Positions 10,100 to 20,643 of a stretch of 64,000 nt of DNA are shown piece after piece. The notes beneath the pieces are model-generated. The model had not been told where the DNA came from. It made no database searches and worked only from the letters and a program-made list of their open reading frames with translations. This DNA is from Chloropicon primus (lineage: Eukaryota). The stretch spans positions 124,001 to 188,000 of the forward strand of contig CP060766.1 in NCBI GenBank assembly GCA_023205875.1, in the 5' to 3' direction. How positions within the stretch are numbered: position 1 is the stretch's first letter; each line of letters opens with the position of its first letter. Both the position numbers and the translations under genes were made by a program.

Positions 10100-13000
10100 A
10101 TGGCGACGCTGGAGTTCCATCGAGCGATCGTGGAGGAGCTGACGGAGGTGGAGGAGGGTGAAGGCACCTCGATCACGACGCCAGCCTCAGCCCAAGCCCT
10201 CCGGAATCCTTCCTCACTCGTCGTTTTGGGTGAAGGACTCGGGTTGAGTTACGTCATCGCGGAGCTCCTGAGGATTCACTTGGAGGAAGCAGGACGAGCA
10301 GAGAGGCATGGCGGCGAGAGCAGGCACAGGTTGGTCATCCTGATTGGGTTCTCCGAGTACCAGAGGAAAGCGATCGTGGCGGTCTTGGCGAGGGACAGGC
10401 GGAAGCGGGAGGAAAGCCTTCGGCAAGTTGGATCAGACGGAGCAGACAGAGAAGCACACTCTGGCTCGAGGGAGAGTGTGGTGGGAGACATCGACTCGAG
10501 CGTGGGGTCGGCGGAGCGGAGCCGTCTCTACGCCCTCGGCGGCTGCCTGTTCGTGACCACGAGGATCCTCACGGTCGACTTCCTGCAGGGACGGTTGAGC
10601 CCTTTGCGAGTGTCTGGCCTCTACGTCGGTGGAGCACACAGGCTGAAGGATGACTCGGGGGAGGCCTTTTGCGTGCGGATGTACCGAGGGACGGGCCATC
10701 ACGGCAACCCTGAAGGCGACGAGGGAGCCGGTAAGGGGAACAAGTTCGGTTTCGTCCACGCCTTCACGGACGAGCCGACGGCTTTTGCTGGGACGTTCAA
10801 GGTCGAGCACGTGATGAAAGCCCTGCATGTGAGGAAGGTCTTCCTCTGGCCGAGGTTTGAGACTCGGGTACAGGAGTCTCTGCAGCCAGACACGGCCCCA
10901 CCTGAGCCTGTCGACGTGGAGGAGCTGGGCTTGGTTGACTCTGACAGCGATGATGGCAAAGTCGAGGAGGAGAAGGGAAGCAAGCTGAGCATGCCGGAAG
11001 TGGTGGAGCTGAGCATACCGGTGACAAGGTCGATGGAGATCATACAGAGCGCACTTGCTTCAGCGATGGAGTCGTGCCTCAAGGAGCTTGGGCAGCACAA
11101 ATTCCTTGGCCTCGAATTCGACCTCACGGTGTCCAACAACCTCTTCAGAGACTTTGGCAGGTCGATCCAGAGGCAGCTCGACAAGAGGTGGCATCTCGTT
11201 TCGAGGAAGACCAAGCAGATTACGAGGGACCTTTCCACGCTGCGCCGTTTGGCATTCTGCGTGCTCCGATACGACAGCCCCACGTTCCTTCAGTACCTCG
11301 AGATGCTCAGAGCGACCGAGAGTGTGAACAGCATTTGGCTCTTCCTTGACGACGCCCACGTCATCTTTGACGAGGCCAAGAAGCGGGTTTACAAGTTCGT
11401 GAGGGACGATTCGGGGGGGGAGAAGAAGAAGAAGGGGAAAGGCGGGGCGCCGCAGGCTACAGGCAGCCAGCACAAGGTCGTGCCAGTGCTCGAGCAGCCC
11501 TCCAAGTGGGAGCACCTCAAGCAGGTATTGGAAGAAATTCAGCAGGACAGATCCAAAATGCTTCAGGGGATTGACGACGTCCGAGACCGGGGGGACGATG
11601 GAGGGGGCTCGTCCATGTACCCCATTCTGGTCTTGACACAGGAGAACCTGGTGGCGACTCAGCTTCAGCATTTCGTCCTCATGGGAGGGGAGGCCATCAT
11701 GAATGATGCCTTCAATCTGTACCTGGCGTGGCGTAACCTCTCCACGAAGGGGAACCAGGCCAAAGGATCGAAGAACCCGAGGGACAAGGGCAAGGGCAAG
11801 AACAGCGACTACAGTTTGAGGATGACCGGGGCAGCGGGCGTGTCCATGAGGCACGAGGATCAGGCCTTGCAAAATGCGGCGCCTGTGGAGAAGAAGCGCA
11901 AGAGGGCAGCCAAGGGGAAAGTCATTGACTTGGAGGAGGAGGAGGATCCCCGTGGGACGCCGTGGTTGATGGAAGGAGTTCATTTCTATGCACTGGAGGG
12001 GAGGGAGCTCGAGCTCGAGCTGCACAGGATCAAACCATCCTTCGTTGTGCTCTACGACCAGAGTCCGTCCGCTATTAGGCAGCTCGAGGTGTACAGTGCC
12101 ACGACGCTTCACGAGATGAGGGCGTCGAACTGCGAGACTGAGGGACACTCTCGCCTTCTGAGGATTTACATGCTGTTTTACGCCGAGAGCCTGGAGCAGC
12201 AGAAGTTTTGCACGGCGGTGGACAGGGAGAGGAAGGTCTTCAAGTCCTTGATTGAGCAAAAGGCGGTGATGATGGCGCCGATAGCAGAGGACGGAACGGC
12301 CGTCGTGGAGAAGCCCACCAGCAGTCTCAGGGACCCCCTCGGGGCCACCACGCCCCTTCTTCCCTTCGGGGCAGGGTCCAGCTCGAACAATGCTGTCACG
12401 AGGCAAGCGGGGGGCCTTCTCGCCAAGGCGAAGAAGAAAGCGGGGTCCATCGTCGTGGACATGAGGGAGTTCATGAGCAACCTGCCTGGAGTCCTGCACG
12501 CCTACGGATTCCAAATCTCTCCCTGCACGCTAGAGGTGGGGGACTACATTCTGAGTCCCGAGATTTGCGTGGAGAGGAAGGCGATTCCTGACTTGATTCA
12601 GTCGTTCGGGTCCGGCAGGTTGTTCCAGCAGGCCAAGGCCATGGCCAAGCACTACAGGTACCCCGTGCTGCTGATCGAATTCTCGGGAGACAAGGCGTTC
12701 GCGCTTCAGGGTCCAGATGATTGGTCCTCCGGTAGCGACATCTCCCAAAGGGCCCTGGGGTCCAAGCTGTCCCTGCTCGCGATCCACGTCCCGAAGCTGA
12801 GAATCATCTGGTCCAGGTCGACGCAGGCCACCGCGGACATCTTTGCCCAGCTCAAGTCTAACCAGGAGGAGCCCCGCTTTGAGGACGCCCAGCAGATCGG
12901 GATCCCCGAGGACCCCCACCTCAGGAGCAACAACAACGTCAATCAGGCGGCGCTCGACGTCCTTCAGAAGCTCCCGGGGGTGACCCAGACCAACTGGCGC

Positions 13001-13144
13001 CAGCTCGCCTCCAAGGCGAAGACTCTGAGCAGAATTGCGGCCATGTCGGAGGAGGAGCTCAGGAAGGTGATGAACAGCTCCAAGGGCGCAAAGGCTCTGT
13101 TCAACCTCCTGAACACCGCGTGTGTGGGGGTCCCTTCCCTCTGA
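10100..13144 (+). CDS. XPF: DNA repair endonuclease XPF/Rad1/UVH1
   Basis: Inactive helicase-like N-terminus (TTRILTVDFL, LWPRF); ERCC4 domain IVVDMREF...LEVGDYILSPEICVERK.I.DLIQSF.SGRL; C-terminal HhH (LPGV). Confidence 0.95.
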   Translation: MATLEFHRAIVEELTEVEEGEGTSITTPASAQALRNPSSLVVLGEGLGLSYVIAELLRIHLEEAGRAERHGGESRHRLVILIGFSEYQRKAIVAVLARDRRKREESLRQVGSDGADREAHSGSRESVVGDIDSSVGSAERSRLYALGGCLFVTTRILTVDFLQGRLSPLRVSGLYVGGAHRLKDDSGEAFCVRMYRGTGHHGNPEGDEGAGKGNKFGFVHAFTDEPTAFAGTFKVEHVMKALHVRKVFLWPRFETRVQESLQPDTAPPEPVDVEELGLVDSDSDDGKVEEEKGSKLSMPEVVELSIPVTRSMEIIQSALASAMESCLKELGQHKFLGLEFDLTVSNNLFRDFGRSIQRQLDKRWHLVSRKTKQITRDLSTLRRLAFCVLRYDSPTFLQYLEMLRATESVNSIWLFLDDAHVIFDEAKKRVYKFVRDDSGGEKKKKGKGGAPQATGSQHKVVPVLEQPSKWEHLKQVLEEIQQDRSKMLQGIDDVRDRGDDGGGSSMYPILVLTQENLVATQLQHFVLMGGEAIMNDAFNLYLAWRNLSTKGNQAKGSKNPRDKGKGKNSDYSLRMTGAAGVSMRHEDQALQNAAPVEKKRKRAAKGKVIDLEEEEDPRGTPWLMEGVHFYALEGRELELELHRIKPSFVVLYDQSPSAIRQLEVYSATTLHEMRASNCETEGHSRLLRIYMLFYAESLEQQKFCTAVDRERKVFKSLIEQKAVMMAPIAEDGTAVVEKPTSSLRDPLGATTPLLPFGAGSSSNNAVTRQAGGLLAKAKKKAGSIVVDMREFMSNLPGVLHAYGFQISPCTLEVGDYILSPEICVERKAIPDLIQSFGSGRLFQQAKAMAKHYRYPVLLIEFSGDKAFALQGPDDWSSGSDISQRALGSKLSLLAIHVPKLRIIWSRSTQATADIFAQLKSNQEEPRFEDAQQIGIPEDPHLRSNNNVNQAALDVLQKLPGVTQTNWRQLASKAKTLSRIAAMSEEELRKVMNSSKGAKALFNLLNTACVGVPSL

Positions 13145-13475
13145 CCCCTACCAATACCTAAACCACCCATGTAAAGAAAAACGAGTTACTGTATTGTATT
13201 GTATTGTATGCTGTGAGAGTCCAGGTGCTCGCCAACCGTCAAGGGAACCGCACTTCCTTGATCAAGGGATGCAAAGGGCGGAGAGACAGGGGAGGGGAAG
13301 AGAAACGGAGAGAGACAGAATAGCAGGAGATGGCGACAATGCCTCCCCTCCATCCATCCATACCCCCACCAGTATCATCACCAGCACCAGCCTACCAGCC
13401 AGCCTCATTGCCCCGCACGTGACTTTTCTGGAATAGAAAGGCAGCGAAGGCGGAGAGCGCTTTCGCTTTTCGGAC

Positions 13476-15581
13476 ATGGGGTACGCGAGCAAGGAGTACG
13501 GTCGCCTTTGTGGGAGGACGACGTGCGGAGCAGGGGTGCGGACCGTGGGTGCAGGTCGGAAAGCCCGCCTCCCCGCCGTCGTCCCGGGTCCGGAGCGCCT
13601 GAGTCACGGCACAAGAACAAGTTCGAGGAGTTGTGGTGCTCGAGGTGGTGGTTTCCTTCGCCTCCTCGAGGATGGGGACGGGCGGGACGGCGTCGTGTGC
13701 AACTTGTTCAGGCCGAGGATTGGCTCGGAGAAGAGGTTCGCGGCTTCGGTGACCGTCGACGAGGAGCTGCTCCACATTGCGCCCACGCAGTTGATTTACC
13801 CGGAGGAGTGCACGAGGATATACGGCTACCCTCGAGACGACCAGCTGCACGAGAAGTACAAGCTGGGGAAGGTGATTGGGGCGGGGAGCTTCGGGGTCGT
13901 GAGGGAGGCGACCGTGATAGCAACAGGGGAGAAGGTCGCCGTGAAAACCATCTCGAAGCTCTTGAAGCGGATACCGAACCACTTGAAGAAGCAGGGGGAC
14001 AGGGGGACCATCTCCAAGCACCTGACGAAGCTCCAGCTCGAGGTGGACGCCATGAAGTCCCTAAGGGGCTCTCTCAACGCGGTGAGGCTGTACGACCTCT
14101 ACGAAGGGGACCATGAGGTAAGGCTGCTGCTGCTCTCTCTACCGAGCTCTCTCTTTCTCTCTCTAGCTGTGTGCGTGTTTGTTTTGCCGTCTTCTCGCGG
14201 ACTGACTGACCCTCGCGAACACATACGCATATGCAGATCCACCTTATCATGGAGTTGTGCACCGGGGGCACAATCTACGAGAGGATCACTGCGCATGACT
14301 TCACGGAGGTCTCGGCCGCAAAAGTGGCTCGGTCTATCCTTCAAATGCTCTCCCAGTGCCACAGCAAGGGAGTGATTTACATGGACGTGAAGCCGGAGAA
14401 CTTCCTTTACCTCACCGACTCGCCGGACAGTGTCCTGAAAGGCACGGATTTCGGCCTGGCCCTCAAGTACAACGTGGGCGAGAGACTGTCAACGAGAAGG
14501 GGGACGCCGGTGTACATGGCACCGGAGGTGATACTGAAAGACTACAACCAGAAGGTGGACTGCTGGTCCGCGGGTGTGCTGATCTTCCAGCTTTTGCACG
14601 GCAAGCTCCCCTACTCGAGCAAGCTCAAGGGGCACTCGGTGAGGGATGTCTGGGAAATGATCCTCAACAGCGACATCGACTTCTCGCCAAGCACTTGGGC
14701 GGATTTCTCGAGCGACTCGAAGGACTTTGTGGCCTCGCTCTTGCAGCGGGATCCCTCCAAGAGACTGTCCGCAGTGGACGCTTTGAAGCACCCGTGGCTT
14801 CAGGAGGGGGGCGCTCTGGAGAGCAGCAGCCAGGAGCAGAACAGGCCGCTGGAGAGCAGCATCATCCAAAGACTGCAGAGATTCGGCACGTACTCCTTCC
14901 TCAAGCAGGTCGTTCTGAGCAAGATTGCCGGCGAGGCAAACAAGTTCTCGGCCATGTCGCCTCAAATCTTTGATTTTTTCAACTCGTTGGATAAGGACAG
15001 GTCGGGAACGATTTCGTATGACGAGCTCAAGCAGGGCCTGAACAACGCAGGCTACCAGCTCGCGGATTCGGAAGGTAGGAATCTCGCGACTACCGAACGA
15101 GCGCGCGCGCACACACACACACACACTCTCTGCGCACCCAATCGACAGCAAGTAGGACTGACGAATCTTGATGATCGCTTGCTTTCCTCGCTCCTCTTGT
15201 CCAGCCCACCAACTTTTGTCTGCCATTGACACGGATGGCAACGGCGTGCTGGACTTGAATGAGGTCTTTGCCTCCCTTGTCGACTGGAGCGATTTGCACA
15301 AGGACGAGAACTGGAACGCGTGGTGCAAGAAGATGTTTGAGAACTTGGACATCGACAAGAGCGGCGCGATTGATTTGGAGGAGCTCACCAAGCTTTTGCC
15401 CAAGAACATGGAGGGCCAGAGGACCGTCAACGCGCTGAGGATGCTGAGGGAGGTGGACACGAACGGCGACGGCAAAATTTCGTACGAGGAGTTCATGCAG
15501 ATGATGAACGCTGAGGATGAGTTCCTGCTCGTGGAGTTCGACTCTCGAATGTCTCAGGGCAGCTTGGGAGAAAACGCGTAG
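13476..15581 (+). CDS. Calcium-dependent protein kinase (kinase + 4 EF-hands)
   Basis: Exons 13476-14117, 14237-15074 and 15205-15581. GAGSFG, AVK, DVKPEN, DFG, GTP.YMAPE, junction RLQRFG and four EF-hands (DKDRSG, DTDGNG, DIDKSG, DTNGDG). Confidence 0.92.
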
Positions 15582-15644
15582 ACAACACGGGGGTGAAAAA
15601 GTCCAGTACGCATGTGCGCTTTGCTGTTGTAATATGTTGTAATA

Positions 15645-16661
15645 CTAGGCCATGAGTACGAAAGCTTTATTGAGCTGAGTTGCTGCGGCGGTGAGTGACC
15701 CTGCGTCGTCCTTGCTGCTGTTGCTCTCCTCGAGGATCCACTCGCTGACGCTGACTTGGCGAGCGAGGCGAGCGGCAAAGTAGCACGCCGCCGTGTCCCA
15801 GGAGATACCAGACCTGCTGGCCCATTTCAGGATCTCAATTCGGCCGGACTTGGCCGCGGCGATGCAGAACGATCCGTCCCACGGGGCGTGGGTGCCCGCG
15901 CTTACCTCGCGCTTTCTCATCCACTTGAGGACGTCCAAATTTCCTCCGTGCGCGGCGGCGACGCGTGCCTCTTCCGTTCCCTCCAATCCCTCGCTTCCCA
16001 TCCATTCGAGTACGTCGATGTGCCCGCCGAGGGCCGCGCGGCAGACGTGCGTCTGGTCCAGCAAGCACCCCTCGGACTTGGCCCACTTCAAAAGTTCCAT
16101 GTGCCCACGATACGCGATACAGAGGAGGGAAATCTTGCCGTCACGGGCAAGGCTGTAGCCCTGGCCTTTGAGCCACTTCAGGACGTGGAGATGCCCCCCC
16201 TGGGCTGCCCCACGGCCGACCCTGTAGCCGTCGATGTCCAAGGGAACGCCATGGTGCACGAGCCATTCGATAATCTCCTGCTGGCCTTGGAAGCCTGCAA
16301 GATGCATGAGCTCGTTGTCGTAAATGAAGGGGGTGAACTCGGTTCCCCGGAATCCTGGGGAGCAGCCCTCCTTCCTGAGCCCCGAATGAAACACCCAACG
16401 GAACCAGTCCAAGGTGAACCGGGTCGGCGTCTCGAACAGCGAGCACAGGCTGAGATCGGTCTTGACACCGAGGCCCCTGGAACCGGCTGCGCTCCCTTGG
16501 ATGCGAGAGAAGGCCTTGCACACGGATGAGAAGGCCAAGTGATCGTACTTGTCCAACTTGGCCAGAATTTTGTCTTCCCAGATATGGTCCGGGAGCCCCA
16601 GCACGTTGTGTGGTGTGCATGTGTGTGCCACCTTCCTCCTCTTCGCACCAAATGATGCCAT
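15645..16661 (-). CDS. F-box-like / ankyrin-repeat protein (AA.GGH..VL.W repeats)
   Basis: ATG at 16661. LPDHIW..IL.KL..YD.LAF..VCK.F N-terminal module, then repeats AAQGGHLHVLKW, AALGGHIDVLEW, AAHGGNLDVLKW, AAKSGRIEILKW. Confidence 0.8.
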   Translation of the reverse strand: MASFGAKRRKVAHTCTPHNVLGLPDHIWEDKILAKLDKYDHLAFSSVCKAFSRIQGSAAGSRGLGVKTDLSLCSLFETPTRFTLDWFRWVFHSGLRKEGCSPGFRGTEFTPFIYDNELMHLAGFQGQQEIIEWLVHHGVPLDIDGYRVGRGAAQGGHLHVLKWLKGQGYSLARDGKISLLCIAYRGHMELLKWAKSEGCLLDQTHVCRAALGGHIDVLEWMGSEGLEGTEEARVAAAHGGNLDVLKWMRKREVSAGTHAPWDGSFCIAAAKSGRIEILKWASRSGISWDTAACYFAARLARQVSVSEWILEESNSSKDDAGSLTAAATQLNKAFVLMA

Positions 16662-17078
16662 CGCGCAACCAACCACGATGAGCTCGCTCAGACAATCCAA
16701 GTTGCGATGATGATGATGATGATGATGAGGGTAACAAGCCTTGGGCGCCTCCTGGTTCCGCTTTCTGTCCCGCATTAATCACTCATGCCCCCCTCAAGGC
16801 CTCCATTTCCCATCTCCGCCTTGCAGACTTTTTCGAAGTCACGGTCCTCGGGACTTCATTCATCGATCGATCAGGAGGGAGGCGGCTCGGGGGCGCAGGA
16901 GGAGGAGGGACTTTGGTTCGTTCCCGCGTGCGAAGGTTTGTGCGCGTCGTCGTGGGAGAGCGGCAGGACGAACTTCCAGGCGAGGCATCACTCGGTTCTC
17001 TCCCTCCGTTGACGCGGCGGACGAGGAGAAAGCGAAGGTTCGCCGAGGTAGAAGAGGAGGAGGAGGAGGAGTCTCGTG

Positions 17079-18128
17079 ATGATGCTGAGGATCCAGAGGC
17101 TTGTCTTGGGGTCTCACCTCGCGACATTGGCGAGGGTTGGACTCGCGTCGTCCGTGTCGACGAGTGCGGGGAAGGCTCTGAGCGCTTCTGAGGTCGGCAC
17201 GAGCTTCGCGAAGGGAAGGGAGGACGAGCTTGTTTGGGCCTGGAGAGGAGGAAGCCGTGGACTGGCGTCTTCGGCGGGCGAGGGAGAGGAGACGGGAGTG
17301 ACGAGCCACGACCTCATTCCTGAAATCATGCCAAGCATCGAGGATCTTCTCAAGGTACGTGCATCGACTGCGCTGCGGGTGGCGGAAAAAACGAACGTCG
17401 TCCTCGTCGCCGTCCAAGCTGACTTTTTGTGAATCGCTTCCTACCGAACTGCCTCACTTGTGACGTCAAAACAAAAGGGATCTGGCGAGGACGAGGACGA
17501 TGCGATTCGGAACACGAATGCGGAGGTGACCATACTTCCACGAGTCGTGAACAAGGTGGGTCGCTCTTCCCTTTCTCTCTGCTGCCCTAATGTACACGGT
17601 CTTCTTTCCCTCCCTACCGCTGACTGACACCGGTTGACTTGGATGCAGTACGGGCACTCGTACGGCCTAGGAAAGAGGAAGTCTGCGGTGGCGAGGGCGT
17701 GGCTGAGGCCTGGATCGGGGCAGATCACTGTGAACGGCGTTCCTGCCGCGGAATACTTCCGTTCCTCCACGGGAGGCCTCAAGGCCGCGAAGCCCTTTGC
17801 TGTGACCGGCACGGTGGACCAGTTCGACGCTCACTGCAAGGTCAAGGGTGGCGGGACGACGGGCCAGGCCGAAGCAGTGAGCCTGGCCATCAGCAGAGCC
17901 ATCCAGTTCTACGATCCTCCCAAGAGGGTCGCGTTGAAGGTTTACAAGTAAGTGTGTGTGTGTGCGTGTGCGTGTGTGCGTGTGTTCGTGTTTGCCCCAG
18001 AGGTGAGAATGAAGGTGCTGACTCTTGTTTTCTTCTGCAGTCTTCTCACGAGGGACAACAGGGAAGTGGAGAGAAAGAAGCCCGGCAAGGCGAAGGCCAG
18101 GAAGAGCTTCCAGTGGGTCAAGCGCTGA
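17079..18128 (+). CDS. RPS9: Mitochondrial ribosomal protein uS9
   Basis: Exons 17079-17354, 17478-17555, 17649-17947 and 18041-18128. Presequence, then G.RKSAVAR, VKGGG.TGQAEA and LLTRD.R.VERKKPG.AKARKSFQWVKR*. Confidence 0.9.
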
Positions 18129-18290
18129 TGCAGCAGCAGGAGAAACGCAGGAAGAGAAACGCAGAGTCCTCGGGCGTTTTCGCGTGTTTGTATTTGTAAA
18201 GAGATTCTTCGGGAGAGAGACCTCCACAGGAATTCGCAAAAAAAACTCAGCAATATATAACGTTTCATTTGGTTGTTTATTTTTCGCGGC

Positions 18291-19640
18291 CTACAAGAGG
18301 GGAGCGACGTCAATAATGATTTTCCCGGCTGCCCGGGACGTCCTCGAGCGCTCCAATGCGTCCTGAAGGTTCTCCAGCGGATGAGCGGAGTCCACGGGAA
18401 CTTCGAGCTTGTTCAGCTCGGTGAGGGTCACGAGCTCGGAGAGGTCGTCCCCGTTCGCCGCGACGATGAAGTTGGCGAACTTGGTCCTGCAGTCCTTTGG
18501 AATCGTGGGAGCGAAGTTCGCGATGGAGACGAATGGCGCTCCGCTCTTGAGGACCTTGTCCGCCTTGGAGACGTCCGAGTCGTCTCCGACGCAGTCAAAG
18601 ATCATGTCGAACTCCTGGCCCGCGAGGTCTTCCGCCCAGTCCCGCACTCTGTAGTTGATGACCCTGTCCGCCCCGAGGGACTTGACCCAGTCCAACTTGG
18701 TCTGCTTGCCGCCCACCGGCATCTTGGCGTCCGACGCCGTGGCCGTGACCCGGGCCCCGACCGCCTTTGCGAGCTGAACCCCAAAACACCCGGTGCCCGT
18801 GGAGCCCCCGAGGACGAGAACCTTCTGGCCCTTCTTCAGGCTGCCCAGCGGGCCTCCCTGGAGCGACCTGCCGCCGGACCCCGTGAACAGGGCCTGGTAA
18901 GCGGTGAGGCCGGCCAGGGGGAGCCCCGCGAGCTCCCTGGGGTCGCTGTACCCGGGAATCACTGCGACCCTCGACGAGGGGAGGCAGCAGTACTCCGCGA
19001 AGGACCCGGCCAAGCCGCCCTCGCCGCCCTCCACGGAGCACGTCTCCATCAGGCCCAGGTACCCGATGACCCTCTCCCCGATCTCGATGTCCGTGCCCGG
19101 GCCAACGCCCTCGATCACACCGGAGAAGTCGAAGCCGGGGGTGTAAGGCTCCCTGGCCCGGAAGAGCGGCGTCCCTCCCCCCATGAGCTTCCAGTCGATC
19201 GGGTTCACCGAGGCGTGCATGACCTTGACGAGGACCTCCCCCTTCCCGGGCTTGGGCACGGGGGCGCTCGTGTCGAGCTCCAGCTCTCCCGCCACCACCC
19301 TCCACGCCCTCATCTCCTTCTGGACGCTCTCCAGGCCGCAACCCTCGAGGTGGTCGCACAGGTCCTCGTGCTCCTCCCACCTGCCGCTGAAGTTGGACGA
19401 GCTCAGGAAGGACCTCGAGGACTGGATCTTCGTGCTGTCGTGCGCCATCAAGCTGTCGATGTAATTCAACGCCAAATCCCTCCCCGATGGATTGTAGCAC
19501 TCCAAGCTCTGCACCGAGCATCCCCCGCCCGACGCCGAGGAGTGGTACGAATCAAAGCTCCGCCCGGAGCACGCGGGACTCTCACATGGTGTAGCAACGA
19601 GCGCCATCGTGTTCTCTTTTCTGTGGATCATGGCGGACAT
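18291..19640 (-). CDS. NADPH quinone/alkenal oxidoreductase (MDR family)
   Basis: VLVKVMHASVNPIDWK, PGFDFSG, AGLPLAGLTAYQAL, VLVLGGSTGTG, LGAD.VINY, GKII. Confidence 0.88.
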   Translation of the reverse strand: MSAMIHRKENTMALVATPCESPACSGRSFDSYHSSASGGGCSVQSLECYNPSGRDLALNYIDSLMAHDSTKIQSSRSFLSSSNFSGRWEEHEDLCDHLEGCGLESVQKEMRAWRVVAGELELDTSAPVPKPGKGEVLVKVMHASVNPIDWKLMGGGTPLFRAREPYTPGFDFSGVIEGVGPGTDIEIGERVIGYLGLMETCSVEGGEGGLAGSFAEYCCLPSSRVAVIPGYSDPRELAGLPLAGLTAYQALFTGSGGRSLQGGPLGSLKKGQKVLVLGGSTGTGCFGVQLAKAVGARVTATASDAKMPVGGKQTKLDWVKSLGADRVINYRVRDWAEDLAGQEFDMIFDCVGDDSDVSKADKVLKSGAPFVSIANFAPTIPKDCRTKFANFIVAANGDDLSELVTLTELNKLEVPVDSAHPLENLQDALERSRTSRAAGKIIIDVAPLL

Positions 19641-19780
19641 CGGGAGGACGAAAGAACGTTACGCCGCCATGACCATGACCTGCAGACTTTTTCCCCGCCA
19701 TCTCGAGGATCGAAAATCACGAGGGCCGTGATCGACAAAATCGTCGAGATGGCGGGAGATTGAGATGGAGGAGGAGACCG

Positions 19781-20566
19781 ATGAGGACGACGGTTACGAT
19801 GAATGAGGAGGAGACGGGAGACGTGGCGGGCGCACATGCCATGCCGCGGACGAACCATGACTGGGAGGACACGCCGGGCACGATGGTGAGGGTGCCGGCA
19901 GTGGACTACGATGCAGTGGATGGGATCCTGTTGGCACAGAGGAGGCTGCTGATGGGGGAGCCCAGAGCCAACGCGACGTACGCGACGATCCGAAGGGTGA
20001 GCACCGAGGGTGTGGAGGAGGGGTGGGGCTTCCAGCCTCCCTCGGTTCCCTCGAACGTGACACTGGCCAGCGTCGTGGTCATCGGTGCAGCGACCTTGTC
20101 GATGTTGTACGTGATGTGGAGGACCTGGAGGCACTTGGGGGGGGGCGGGACGAACGAGCAGGGGCAGCAGCTGAGGAGCGTGAACTACTTTCCCGACGCG
20201 AGGGGGGAAGCCGTCGCGGAGGAGAAGGGTCTGGGGCCACTCCTCGAGGAGGTGAGGCAATTCACCTTTCGCGTGTTCGGGTCGAAGAGAACGGTTGCCA
20301 AGTACAGCGCGGGGGAGTGTGCGATCTGCATGGACGCGTTCGTTGAGGGGGAGAAGCTGAGGGAGCTGCCGGTGTGCGGCCACGTCTTCCACTGCGGGTG
20401 CGTGGAGGAGTGGCTGTCCGAGCACACGACCTGCCCGATTTGCAGGATGGACGTGAAGGCCACCCTGGAGAAAGTGGTGGAGGAGGAGGGGGCCGTCACC
20501 GTCACCCTGTCCTCGAACGGAGACCGCGTCGTCTTCCGCATCAGAGCCGACCCGCTCGATCGATGA
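19781..20566 (+). CDS. Transmembrane RING-H2 E3 ubiquitin ligase (ATL-like)
   Basis: TM helix followed by CAICMDAF..GE.LRELP.CGHVFH.GCVEEWL..HTTCPICR. Start codon uncertain. Confidence 0.85.
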   Translation: MRTTVTMNEEETGDVAGAHAMPRTNHDWEDTPGTMVRVPAVDYDAVDGILLAQRRLLMGEPRANATYATIRRVSTEGVEEGWGFQPPSVPSNVTLASVVVIGAATLSMLYVMWRTWRHLGGGGTNEQGQQLRSVNYFPDARGEAVAEEKGLGPLLEEVRQFTFRVFGSKRTVAKYSAGECAICMDAFVEGEKLRELPVCGHVFHCGCVEEWLSEHTTCPICRMDVKATLEKVVEEEGAVTVTLSSNGDRVVFRIRADPLDR

Positions 20567-20643
20567 CGAGAGAGTGAGTGACTACGGTGTGATTGCAATA
20601 GCAATTTGTAATGTTATATTTATCCCTCATAAGAGCAACTCGA

